Below, piece after piece: positions 18,622 to 26,888 of a stretch of 64,000 nt of DNA. The stretch comes from an uncultured Gammaproteobacteria bacterium (lineage in GTDB: Bacteria; Patescibacteriota; Patescibacteriia; Patescibacteriales; GWC2-42-12). Positions within the stretch are counted from its first letter, which is position 1. The number at the start of each line of letters is the position of its first letter. The translations under genes and the position numbers were made by a program. The stretch lies in the NCBI GenBank assembly GCA_964560005.1, contig CAZLKB010000002.1, forward strand, positions 64,381 to 128,380, in the 5' to 3' direction. The notes under the pieces were generated by a model that saw only the letters and a program-made list of their open reading frames with translations, had not been told where the DNA came from and did not search any database.

Positions 18622-19755
18622 ATGAAAATAATATATTTAACTAATGCGAGAATCCCCACCGAGAAGGCGCATGGCTACCAAATTTGTAAAATGTGCGAGG
18701 AATTTAGCAATCTCGGAGCCGAAGTTGAACTTTGGCTGCCGGGGAGAAAAAACCATATTAAGGCCGACCCCTTTTCTTTTTATGGTATTAAAAGTAATTT
18801 TAAAATAAAAAAAATAAACAGCTTTGACTTTTATCAGTACATTAAATATTTAGGCGGTCTAGGTTTCTGGCTTAATAGTCTATGGTTTTTATTTCATTTA
18901 TTTTTTATTAAGATTGATAAACCATCGGTAATTTATACTAGAGACCCGGAGATAGGCTGGCTTTTAAATATAAGAGGATATAAGACAGTTTATGAAGCCC
19001 ACACTTGGCCGGAAAAAAGACCCAGACTTTATAGATTTTTATTTAAAAAAATTAATAAAATAATCACCATTACTGACGGTTTAAAAAGATTTTTTGTTCA
19101 AACCGGCTATCCTGAAGGTAATATTTTCACCGCTCCTGACGGCGTTGATTTAAATGAATTTAACATTAATTTGGATAAAGTATCGGCCAGAAAAAAATTG
19201 AATTTGCCGTTGTCAAAAAAAATTATCCTCTACACCGGGCATTTATACGGCTGGAAGGGCGCTCAGGATTTAGCCGAAGCCGCGGTTTTACTAGATAACA
19301 GCAATCAGGTAATTTTTGTCGGCGGACTCGAGGCTGATGCCGCTAAATTTAAAATAAAAAATCAAGAATCAATCGCCAGCGGTAAAATTGCCATTTATCC
19401 GCACCAGCGCCATGATTATATGCCGGTTTGGCTTAGGGCCGCCGACGTCTTAGTGCTACCGAATAAGTCGGGAGAAAATATTTCAAAATATTTTACATCT
19501 CCCCTGAAGCTATTTGAATATATGGCCGCGGGCAGGCCGATCGTAGCCTCAAGCCTGCCCTCAATCTCCGAGATATTAAATGAAAATAATTCTGTTTTAG
19601 TTGATTCCGATAACCCTCTAAGCTTGACCCGGGGGATAAATAAAATTTTAGAAGATGACGCTTCGGCCGAAGTTTTGGCTAAGCAAGCCCTGGTGGACGT
19701 TAAAAAATATAGCTGGAAAAAACGCGCGGAGAAAATTATAGAATTTATTGCTTAG
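18622..19755 (+). CDS. Glycosyltransferase, GT4-like
   Basis: The ATG at 18622 (MKIIYLTNARIPTEKAHGYQ) is preferred over the GTG at 18607. C-terminal LKLFEYMAAGRPIVAS. Confidence 0.8.
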   Translation: MKIIYLTNARIPTEKAHGYQICKMCEEFSNLGAEVELWLPGRKNHIKADPFSFYGIKSNFKIKKINSFDFYQYIKYLGGLGFWLNSLWFLFHLFFIKIDKPSVIYTRDPEIGWLLNIRGYKTVYEAHTWPEKRPRLYRFLFKKINKIITITDGLKRFFVQTGYPEGNIFTAPDGVDLNEFNINLDKVSARKKLNLPLSKKIILYTGHLYGWKGAQDLAEAAVLLDNSNQVIFVGGLEADAAKFKIKNQESIASGKIAIYPHQRHDYMPVWLRAADVLVLPNKSGENISKYFTSPLKLFEYMAAGRPIVASSLPSISEILNENNSVLVDSDNPLSLTRGINKILEDDASAEVLAKQALVDVKKYSWKKRAEKIIEFIA

Positions 19756-19789
19756 ATATTTTTTATTTGGTTTCTTAATCTTTCGAATA

Positions 19790-19825
19790 GGGGGGGGTTG
19801 CTATTTTTTCTAATTATGCTATATT
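19790..19825 (+). promoter_or_regulatory. Sigma70-like promoter with an upstream G8 tract and extended -10
   Basis: G8 (19790-19797), TTGCTA (19798-19803), 16-nt spacer, TGcTATATT (19817-19825). By hand alignment 31/38 positions are identical to the promoter at 21084. Confidence 0.55.
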
Positions 19826-19864
19826 TATTTAGTTATTTTATATACTTACTAATTTTAAATAAAT

Positions 19865-20476
19865 ATGCAATATATCAGTAAATATCTAGAAGAGGTTGCG
19901 CTTATTACTAGGTTAATAGACCGCCAAGCGATAAGGAGAGTAGTCGGAATTTTGCATGATTTAAGAGATAAAAAGGGCCGTCTTTTTATTATCGGCGTTG
20001 GCGGTTCAGCGGCTAATGCTTCGCACGCGGCCAACGATTTTAGAAAAATTACTCACATTGAAGCGTACAGCCCGACGGATAATGTCGCCGAGCTGACCGC
20101 CAGAGTAAACGACGATGGCTGGGATTCGGTTTTCGCTCGCTATCTTGAACGGAGCAATTTTGGGCAGAATGATGCGGTTATGGTTTTGTCGGTCGGGGGT
20201 GGGAATGCGGAGAAGAATATCAGTAAAAATATTGTGTGCGCCTTGGATTACGCTAAAGAAATGGGCGCCAAGGTAATTGGCATCGTTAGCCGAGATGGCG
20301 GATATACGGCTAAAGTTGCCGATGCCTATGTGCTAGTGCCGGTTGTCAATCCGGAAAATGTGACGGCGCACGCCGAGGCTTGGCAGGCAGTGGTTTGGCA
20401 CGCGATTGCGTTTCATCCGGACTTAAAAATGATTGAAGGCAAATGGGAATCAGCAGAAAAATTAAAAATCATTTAA
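19865..20476 (+). CDS. gmhA: Phosphoheptose (sedoheptulose-7-phosphate) isomerase, SIS domain
   Basis: SIS-domain motifs (GRLFIIGVGGSAANASHAANDF, VLSVGGGN). Sits next to the gmhB-like phosphatase. Confidence 0.85.
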   Translation: MQYISKYLEEVALITRLIDRQAIRRVVGILHDLRDKKGRLFIIGVGGSAANASHAANDFRKITHIEAYSPTDNVAELTARVNDDGWDSVFARYLERSNFGQNDAVMVLSVGGGNAEKNISKNIVCALDYAKEMGAKVIGIVSRDGGYTAKVADAYVLVPVVNPENVTAHAEAWQAVVWHAIAFHPDLKMIEGKWESAEKLKII

Positions 20477-21021
20477 GGCAGGCGGTTTTTTTTGACCGCG
20501 ACGGCGTGATCAATAATGCTATCGACCGCGGCAATGATTTTTTTGTGGCTGGAAAAAAGGTGCGCTGGACCGCCCCCTTTAATCTCGGGGAGTTTAAATT
20601 AAAAGTTGGAACAGAAGAAGCGTTAAAACAGATAGGCGAGTTGGGATTTCTGCGCATCTTGGTTACTAATCAACCCGATATCGCTTATAAGACAATGACT
20701 CAGGCTGAACACGACCGCATCATGACAAAGGTAAAGAAGTTGCCGTTTGATGACATTTTTGTCTGCGTTCATGGCCGGGATGACGGCTGTGAGTGCAAAA
20801 AACCCAGACCCGGTATGTTGCTGGAGGCCGCTGAAAAATGGGGAATTGACCTGGGCACATCCTTTATGATCGGCGATACGGCCTGTGATATGGGAGCCGC
20901 CAAAGCGGTTGGCTGCCGGATGATTTTGATTGACGGTGATTATAATAAAACATTAGCGGCGGATATTCGGGTGTCTGATCTGCGGGAAGCGGCGCTGGTC
21001 ATAAAAAATCATCAAATTTAA
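20443..21021 (+). CDS. gmhB: D,D-heptose 1,7-bisphosphate phosphatase (HAD-IIIA)
   Basis: HAD motif I FFDRDGVIN, Zn-loop CECKKPRPGM and motif IGDTACDMGAA. The 34-nt overlap with gmhA makes the exact start uncertain. Confidence 0.85.
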   Translation: MGISRKIKNHLRQAVFFDRDGVINNAIDRGNDFFVAGKKVRWTAPFNLGEFKLKVGTEEALKQIGELGFLRILVTNQPDIAYKTMTQAEHDRIMTKVKKLPFDDIFVCVHGRDDGCECKKPRPGMLLEAAEKWGIDLGTSFMIGDTACDMGAAKAVGCRMILIDGDYNKTLAADIRVSDLREAALVIKNHQI

Positions 21022-21043
21022 GAATTTGAATTCCATAATTTAT

Positions 21044-21079
21044 ATCCCTCAATAATTTTTTAGGGATTTTTTATTTTTG
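21044..21079 (+). terminator. Weak intrinsic terminator candidate
   Basis: atccct (21044-21049) / agggat (21062-21067), 12-nt loop, followed by a T-rich run. Confidence 0.35.
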
Positions 21080-21083
21080 TGCA

Positions 21084-21116
21084 GGGGGTTGTTATTTCTT
21101 GCTGTTATGCTATATT
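21084..21116 (+). promoter_or_regulatory. Sigma70-like promoter, twin of the one at 19790
   Basis: G5 (21084-21088), TTGTTA (21089-21094), 16-nt spacer, TGcTATATT (21108-21116). Confidence 0.55.
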
Positions 21117-21185
21117 TATTCTAGATGTTTTATTTATAATTATTAGCAGAAACCCATGGATAGACCCCACGGGTAGACATAAATT

Positions 21186-21920
21186 ATGAAAATATTTATT
21201 GACAGCGCTAATTTAGCTGATTTAGAAGCGGGCCTTAAAAGAGGTTTTGCCCAGGGCATAACAACCAATCCTTCTTTATTGGCTAAAGAGCCGAAATCAT
21301 CATTTGAGGGGCATGTCGGGAAAGTTATCGACCTGATAAACAAATATCAGCCGGGGATACATCTTAGTGTTGAAGTTTTTTCTCGCGATGCGGAAGAAAT
21401 TGTTCAGCAGGCCAAGCGATTTGTTGAGCAATTTGCCTATCCAGCCATGAGTATTAAAATACAGGTCGGCTGGAATGAGTTGGAAACCATAAAGCAGTTA
21501 AGCCAGTTAGGAATTTCAGTCAATTGCACGGCTTGTATGACGGCCACCCAGGCGATTATGGCGGCTAATGCTGGCGCCAGGTATGTAAGTTTATTTTGGG
21601 GGCGAATCAGAGACGGAAAAACCGATCCCGACATGGCCGTTGCCCGAGATCAAGCGCTGGCTAAAAAAGCTTTAGATGAGAAAGATTTTGATCCGGCTTT
21701 TGTCGTTGGAGCTACTCGCCAATGGTTGGATAAATCAAAAAGTCCGGCTGAAATCATCGCCGGCAGTATCCGCGGGGTTACGGATATTAGGGATGCGGCT
21801 TTGGCCGGCGTTCATATTGTTACTGTGCCGCCTAAATTTTTTCCCGAGATGATGCAACATTTTAAAACCGACCAGATTGTCGATCAATTTTTAGCGGAAT
21901 TTAATAAATGGCTGAGTTAA
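21186..21920 (+). CDS. Transaldolase / fructose-6-phosphate aldolase family (TalC/Fsa type)
   Basis: MKIFIDSANLADLEAGLKRGFAQGITTNPSLL and the short (244 aa) length are typical of the Fsa/TalC subfamily. Confidence 0.85.
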   Translation: MKIFIDSANLADLEAGLKRGFAQGITTNPSLLAKEPKSSFEGHVGKVIDLINKYQPGIHLSVEVFSRDAEEIVQQAKRFVEQFAYPAMSIKIQVGWNELETIKQLSQLGISVNCTACMTATQAIMAANAGARYVSLFWGRIRDGKTDPDMAVARDQALAKKALDEKDFDPAFVVGATRQWLDKSKSPAEIIAGSIRGVTDIRDAALAGVHIVTVPPKFFPEMMQHFKTDQIVDQFLAEFNKWLS

Positions 21921-21957
21921 TAAGCGTTGAATGACGATTAAATAAAAATAATTTACC

Positions 21958-22650
21958 ATGTCGCTTCAAAGATCCGATTTTTGGCGCGCAGCAATCGCGG
22001 GTGAGGCAATTGCTTGGCTTAGTTGGCCGATTTTAAAAAATTTAAACCTTTTTGATTACTTGAATTTACATTACAGAGAATTGTCATATCTGTTTTTTGT
22101 TATTTGGTTAATCCTGGTGCCGGTAATTTTATTAGTTTGGCTTTATTCGACCTATCGGTTATCTGTATGGCGTTGGCCCGTTATGTTTGAAGTAGGAAAA
22201 TATGGCGTGGTGGGCTGGCTGAATGTTTTTTTAAATACCAGCCTCTTTAATTTTTTTATTTTAATTAGCGGAATAGCCAGAGGCTGGTTGGTTGATTTGT
22301 TTTTCATAATCTCTGTCGTTATTACCATTACCTCGGCATTTTTTTGGAATAAATTTTGGACCTTTTCGTCCGGCCAAAGCGGCCGAGCGAAGTTGGAGTA
22401 TGGTAAATTTTTCGCCGTAATCGCCGCTACTTCCGGTTTGAATGTTTTTTTGTTACATTTAATCGTCAATATCATTGGAGCGCCGGCCGGTTGGGATTCT
22501 GAAATTTGGGCTAATATTGCCTTGGTGATTATGCTACCCGTTTCGATTTTTGGTAATTTTTTTGGCAGCAAATTGTTAGTATTTAAAAAATATGAAAATC
22601 AAGCTTATAAACTTAAGCCGCCAATACCAGATTTACAAAAAAGAAATTGA
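21958..22650 (+). CDS. GtrA-like membrane protein with N-terminal TM extension
   Basis: Multi-TM. GtrA-type motifs YGVVGWLNVFLNTSLFNFF and FFWNKFWTFSS. Confidence 0.7.
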   Translation: MSLQRSDFWRAAIAGEAIAWLSWPILKNLNLFDYLNLHYRELSYLFFVIWLILVPVILLVWLYSTYRLSVWRWPVMFEVGKYGVVGWLNVFLNTSLFNFFILISGIARGWLVDLFFIISVVITITSAFFWNKFWTFSSGQSGRAKLEYGKFFAVIAATSGLNVFLLHLIVNIIGAPAGWDSEIWANIALVIMLPVSIFGNFFGSKLLVFKKYENQAYKLKPPIPDLQKRN

Positions 22651-23695
22651 TCAAGCTATTCAGTCTGTTTTGTTGAGCGGAAATTTTATTTTAGGCAAAG
22701 AAGTAGATAATTTTGAAAAAGATTTTGCTAAATTCTGTGGAGCTAAATATTGTATTGGCCTTGCCTCTGGCACAGATGCCTTATTTTTATCGCTAAAGGC
22801 ATTGGGGATTGGTGCGGGAGACGAGGTAATTACGGTTCCTAATTCTTTTATTGCTACAGCCTTGTGTATTTCAATGACCGGTGCCAAGCCGGTTTTTATT
22901 GATATTGATCCGGACACTTATAATATTGATATTAAAAAAATTGTAGCTAAGATTAATTTTAAAACCAAAGCGATTATTCCGGTGCATTTATATGGTCAGC
23001 CCGCTGACATGGATAACATTAAACGGCTGGCGAAAAAGTATAGTTTGTTTGTTTTGGAAGATGCTTGTCAGGCTCATGGAGCTTATTATAGAAACACAAG
23101 AGTGGGTGCGCTTGGTCAGATTGCGGCCTTTAGTTTCAACCCTCCTAAAAATCTAGGCTGTTACGGGGACGGAGGGGCAGTGGTTACTAATGATAGTTCT
23201 TTGGCTAAAAAGGTTTTATTATATCGAGAATATGGTTCAAAGAAAAAATATCTTCATTTAATTAAAGGCTTTAATTCTCGATTAGACGCGCTTCAAGCGG
23301 CAATTTTAAGCGTAAAGTTAAAACACCTGGATACCTGGAATATAAGTCGGAGCCATAATTGCCGACTTTACGATCAGCTGCTGGCCGGATTGCCGATCGT
23401 TAAGCCGACAGTTTTAAAAAACGCGCGGCCGGTATGGCATCAATATGTTATCAGGACAAAGCGGAGAAAGGCTTTGATGAAATATTTAGGGGATAGGCAA
23501 ATCTCCACCATGATTCATTACCCGGTGCCGATTCATCTGCAGCCGGCCTATAAAGATTTGGGTTATAAGAGGGGAGATTTTCCGGTCACCGAAGCCGCGG
23601 CTGGTGAAATTTTATCTCTGCCTGTATGTCCACAGCTCAAAGACGAGGAAATCAGGTATGTGGCGAAAAATATAGCAGCTTTTTTTAAAAAATAA
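22592..23695 (+). CDS. DegT/DnrJ/EryC1/StrS-family PLP sugar aminotransferase
   Basis: Family-typical N-terminus (LSRQYQIYKKEIDQAIQSVLLSGNFILGKEVDNFEKDFA), EDACQAHGA and a FSFNPPKNLG lysine region. Confidence 0.85.
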   Translation: MKIKLINLSRQYQIYKKEIDQAIQSVLLSGNFILGKEVDNFEKDFAKFCGAKYCIGLASGTDALFLSLKALGIGAGDEVITVPNSFIATALCISMTGAKPVFIDIDPDTYNIDIKKIVAKINFKTKAIIPVHLYGQPADMDNIKRLAKKYSLFVLEDACQAHGAYYRNTRVGALGQIAAFSFNPPKNLGCYGDGGAVVTNDSSLAKKVLLYREYGSKKKYLHLIKGFNSRLDALQAAILSVKLKHLDTWNISRSHNCRLYDQLLAGLPIVKPTVLKNARPVWHQYVIRTKRRKALMKYLGDRQISTMIHYPVPIHLQPAYKDLGYKRGDFPVTEAAAGEILSLPVCPQLKDEEIRYVAKNIAAFFKK

Positions 23696-23769
23696 AATTG
23701 ATTGATTAGTAAAGGCATGCTTGTCCTACGACATTAGTCCGTTAGATGTGTGTGTCTTTTTTAAAATCC

Positions 23770-23798
23770 TTGGCAAAAAGATGAATATGTTCTATTAT
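23770..23798 (+). promoter_or_regulatory. Sigma70-like promoter for the NUDIX gene
   Basis: TTGGCA (23770-23775), 17-nt spacer, TATTAT (23793-23798). A GGAAG Shine-Dalgarno-like site lies upstream of the ATG at 23902. Confidence 0.45.
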
Positions 23799-23901
23799 AA
23801 TTAATCCAGTTCTTTTAGAAATTAAGCCGTGAAAAAGTATTAAGAAGGTTAAATTAATCTTTTTAATGCTAATTTTTAACCTGAATCGAAAAAGGAAGCT
23901 A

Positions 23902-24483
23902 ATGAAAATTGAAATACAATGCCGGGTGAATATTTTGAACATTATCCACGATGACCCCTGGGTGCAAGCTCAGCAGGCGGCAGTTACCTACGACAGCGGC
24001 AAGATGTTGCCTGCCCCGTATTTGATGCTAAAGCTAAAAGGCGGCGGTTTTGTGATGGTCGCCGCCAGGCTCGAGGATGGAAGATTTCTCTTGGTCGAGC
24101 AGTGCAAGCCGGCAGCCGGCTATTCGATTGAGGCGGTGGCCGGCGGAAGAAAAAAAGGTGAGAGTTGGGAAAGAGCTGCCAGGCGGGAGCTGGCTGAAGA
24201 AACCGGATATAAGCCGGGGAAAATGGTTCCCTTTAATCGGACCGGGTTTCATACCCAGACAGACAGAATTCTCGGTAAGTGTCATCTGTTTCTGGCGTTT
24301 GATTGCGTACCGGAGGCTAGGAGAGCCAAGTTGGCAGAAGATGAGGTTCAGGGCATTAAAACCCTTAAGCTCACTCCGGCGCAAGTGCTGGTAAAAATCC
24401 GCCAAGGCGAGGTTAGGGATGCCAGCACTATTGCATGTATTTTTTTTCACCTCTGGCTGGACAAAGGGCCGGGGAGCTGGTGA
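23902..24483 (+). CDS. NUDIX hydrolase
   Basis: Nudix box GGRKKGESWERAARRELAEETGY (Gx5Ex7REUxEExGU). The ATG at 23902 has an SD-like site; the track start is 23866. Clearly more GC-rich than its neighbours. Confidence 0.8.
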   Translation: MKIEIQCRVNILNIIHDDPWVQAQQAAVTYDSGKMLPAPYLMLKLKGGGFVMVAARLEDGRFLLVEQCKPAAGYSIEAVAGGRKKGESWERAARRELAEETGYKPGKMVPFNRTGFHTQTDRILGKCHLFLAFDCVPEARRAKLAEDEVQGIKTLKLTPAQVLVKIRQGEVRDASTIACIFFHLWLDKGPGSW

Positions 24484-24510
24484 GTAAGAATATAGCCTAG
24501 TTAATAGGTT

Positions 24511-24542
24511 GAGCCATTCTTTCGCGAGAATGGCTTTTTTAT
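24511..24542 (+). terminator. Rho-independent terminator
   Basis: gccattct (24513-24520) / agaatggc (24527-24534), 6-nt loop, followed by T7. Confidence 0.7.
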
Positions 24543-24560
24543 TTTTTAAATATTTAAATA

Positions 24561-24589
24561 TTGACCTAAATGAAAATATAAGAGATAAT
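24561..24589 (+). promoter_or_regulatory. Sigma70-like promoter
   Basis: TTGACC (24561-24566), 17-nt spacer, GATAAT (24584-24589). An alternative extended -10, TGTATAAT, lies at 24596-24603. Confidence 0.5.
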
Positions 24590-24626
24590 AGATTATGTAT
24601 AATTTGAACTAAATTATCCGAATATT

Positions 24627-25301
24627 ATGAAAGCAGTTATTCTTGCCGCCGGACGAGGGAAAAGGATGGGGGAGCTGACGGAAAAATTTCCTAAGCCGCT
24701 TTTGCGTGTTGGTGATAAAACTTTATTGGATTATATTATTGAAGTGTTGCCGCCGAAGAAGGTAGAAGAGATAATTATTGTGATTGGTTATTTTGGCGAA
24801 AAAATCAGGGAGCATTGCCGTAAATATCACTCAGGCAGGAAAATAGTTTTTGTGGAGCAAAAGGAATTAAACGGTACTGCCGGCGCGGTGCTTTTGGCCA
24901 GGCCGTATATTAAGGAAGGGGAGCGATTCGCCATAATTTATGGCGACGAAAAAACCACTCGTGAGCAGATGGCCGAGTGCCTGGCCCATGAATTTAGCTG
25001 GCTCTGCCGCGAGATGTCCGACCCATCGCAATCCGGGGTGGCCACGGTATCCGCTGACGGCCGCGTAATTGAAGTTATAGAGAAGCCGACCAAGCCGAAA
25101 TCAAATTTTGTGGCGGCCGGGGTTATGGTAGTTAATTCCGATTTGTTTAAATATCCGCCGGTACGGCATCCTAACGGCGAATATTATTTGACCAGCCTGA
25201 TGGATGGTTTTATAACAAGACATGCCGTTTATATGGTTGAGGGTACAAAAGACGCAGCCTTCAGTTATCCGGAAGATATTTACAAGTTTAAGGAAAATTA
25301 G
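24627..25301 (+). CDS. Sugar-1-phosphate nucleotidyltransferase (HddC-like heptose-1-P guanylyltransferase candidate)
   Basis: N-terminal MKAVILAAGRGKRMG ... KPLL signature of NTP_transferase enzymes. The ~224-aa size matches HddC-type enzymes. Confidence 0.75.
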   Translation: MKAVILAAGRGKRMGELTEKFPKPLLRVGDKTLLDYIIEVLPPKKVEEIIIVIGYFGEKIREHCRKYHSGRKIVFVEQKELNGTAGAVLLARPYIKEGERFAIIYGDEKTTREQMAECLAHEFSWLCREMSDPSQSGVATVSADGRVIEVIEKPTKPKSNFVAAGVMVVNSDLFKYPPVRHPNGEYYLTSLMDGFITRHAVYMVEGTKDAAFSYPEDIYKFKEN

Positions 25302-25337
25302 TAAAGTATCTAAATTAAGAAGGAGATAAATATTAGA

Positions 25338-26855
25338 ATGACAAAAGAGCCAAAAATACTGTTAATCTATCCACCCAATCAATTATTACCCATGGAGACG
25401 CCCAGGCCTGACGGTTCCCTGGGGCTATTATATTTAGCCGGCGCTTTGGAACAGGCAGGTTTTAAAACCGATGTTTTGGATGCCTCGGTCGGCGCGAAAG
25501 ATGATAATTTAGAAGACACTTTTAATCATCAGGTTAGGCAAACTAATGGTTTAATTAGAATTGGCATGTCGCCTGAAAGAATTAAGGAGTTTATGATTAA
25601 GGGCGAGTATGATATTATCGGCATAAACTCAAATTTTACTTCGCAGACCAGCATGGCTTTTGATGTCGCCCGGATCGCTAAAAGCGTTAACCCGGATATT
25701 TTAGTTATTGTCGGCGGAGTTAACGCGCGCAGTTTATCGGAACGTTTTTTGGATAATGGAAACATAGATATAGTTTGCCTTAGCGAAGGCGAAAAAATAA
25801 TAGTTCGGCTGGTTCGTGACTGGAGCCGGGGACACGGCTATGAGCATATTTCGGGTATAAAATATAAAAAAGACGGCCAGTATATAACCAATCCGACTAC
25901 TCGCGATGATATTTATTTAAATCTTGATGAATTGCCGTTTCCCGCCTGGCATAAGCTTAATTTTGATCATTATGACAAAATCGCTTTTTCGCGCGGCGGC
26001 GGCTTAAATCCTAAAGAAGCGCGCTACGCTTCGCTGATGACATCGCGAGGCTGTCTTTTTAAATGCCATTATTGCCATATTTCTTTAGAAAAGGAAGGCA
26101 GTTTAAATACCGGTCAGATCGGCTTTATCCGTTTTAAATCAGTTGAACGGGTTTTAGAAGAAGTTAAAAGACTGCGCCAGTTAAAAGTTAAAAAACTTTA
26201 TTTTGAGGATGATTGTTTATTGGCGAAAAAGGACAGGATCAAAACTATCTTTGAAAGCGTCATAGATATGGGCTTGGAAATTGCCGCTATCAACGGCGTT
26301 AACCTTATTCATTTTCAGCGCAAAAACGAACAAGGTCGGTTAGAAATAGACATTGAATTTTTAAAACTTTTACGGCGAGCCGGGTTTACGGAAATTACTT
26401 TTCCCATTGAATCAGGCTGCCAGCGCATTATTAATAAATATGCCACCGCTAAACTGGATTTGGCAACTTTAGACATTATTAAGCTTATTCAAATTGCTTC
26501 CGGCCTCGGCATAAAATGTCCGATAAATATAATGATTGGTTTTCCCGATGAAACCGAAGTAGAGATAATGCAGAGCATAGAATTAGGGAAAAAATTAGTG
26601 GCAGCCGGCGCGGATTACTGCTCTTTTTTTATACCTACTCCATTTCCCGGAAGCAAACTGTTTGATCTGGCCATTTCCGGCGGGTATTTGGATAAAGATT
26701 TCAATCATGATGCCATGAATTATCATAATCCGGTCATGAAAAACACTTTGGTTCCGCCGGAAAGAATTTTGGAGTTGCGCGAATGGGCCTGGCGGACGGT
26801 AAATCGCCCGGAGTATGTCCGGGCTCGGCTAAAGGTAAGCGTTAAAAATTTATAA
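25338..26855 (+). CDS. B12-binding domain radical SAM enzyme (paralog D)
   Basis: Cluster TSRGCLFKCHYCHI. B12-domain-like N-terminus (LGLLYLAGALEQAGFKTDVLDA). A good SD (AAGGAG) lies upstream. Confidence 0.85.
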   Translation: MTKEPKILLIYPPNQLLPMETPRPDGSLGLLYLAGALEQAGFKTDVLDASVGAKDDNLEDTFNHQVRQTNGLIRIGMSPERIKEFMIKGEYDIIGINSNFTSQTSMAFDVARIAKSVNPDILVIVGGVNARSLSERFLDNGNIDIVCLSEGEKIIVRLVRDWSRGHGYEHISGIKYKKDGQYITNPTTRDDIYLNLDELPFPAWHKLNFDHYDKIAFSRGGGLNPKEARYASLMTSRGCLFKCHYCHISLEKEGSLNTGQIGFIRFKSVERVLEEVKRLRQLKVKKLYFEDDCLLAKKDRIKTIFESVIDMGLEIAAINGVNLIHFQRKNEQGRLEIDIEFLKLLRRAGFTEITFPIESGCQRIINKYATAKLDLATLDIIKLIQIASGLGIKCPINIMIGFPDETEVEIMQSIELGKKLVAAGADYCSFFIPTPFPGSKLFDLAISGGYLDKDFNHDAMNYHNPVMKNTLVPPERILELREWAWRTVNRPEYVRARLKVSVKNL

Positions 26856-26888
26856 AAGGTAGGGATAAAGATAAAAAAATTAAACCAT

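Noticed and set aside
21121-21185. The ~60-nt 5' UTR ahead of the transaldolase gene (contains acccatggatagaccccacgggt), considered as a riboswitch or attenuator.
   Set aside because: It is too short for known riboswitch classes, has only a 4-bp terminal pairing, and contains no recognisable conserved motif.
22152-22571. Long antisense ORFs opposite well-supported genes: 22152..22571, 10557..10991, 33802..34281, 24034..24450, and the same-strand off-frame ORFs 15950..16222 and 24077..24394.
   Set aside because: None has recognisable motifs, their composition is low-complexity, and each lies fully inside a gene with strong family signatures. They are most simply explained by locally higher G+C removing stop codons.
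23696-23761. T-run (tctttttt) after the DegT gene, considered as an intrinsic terminator.
   Set aside because: The preceding sequence (agatgtgtgtgtct) can only form a weak G-T wobble hairpin, and I could not find a convincing stem.
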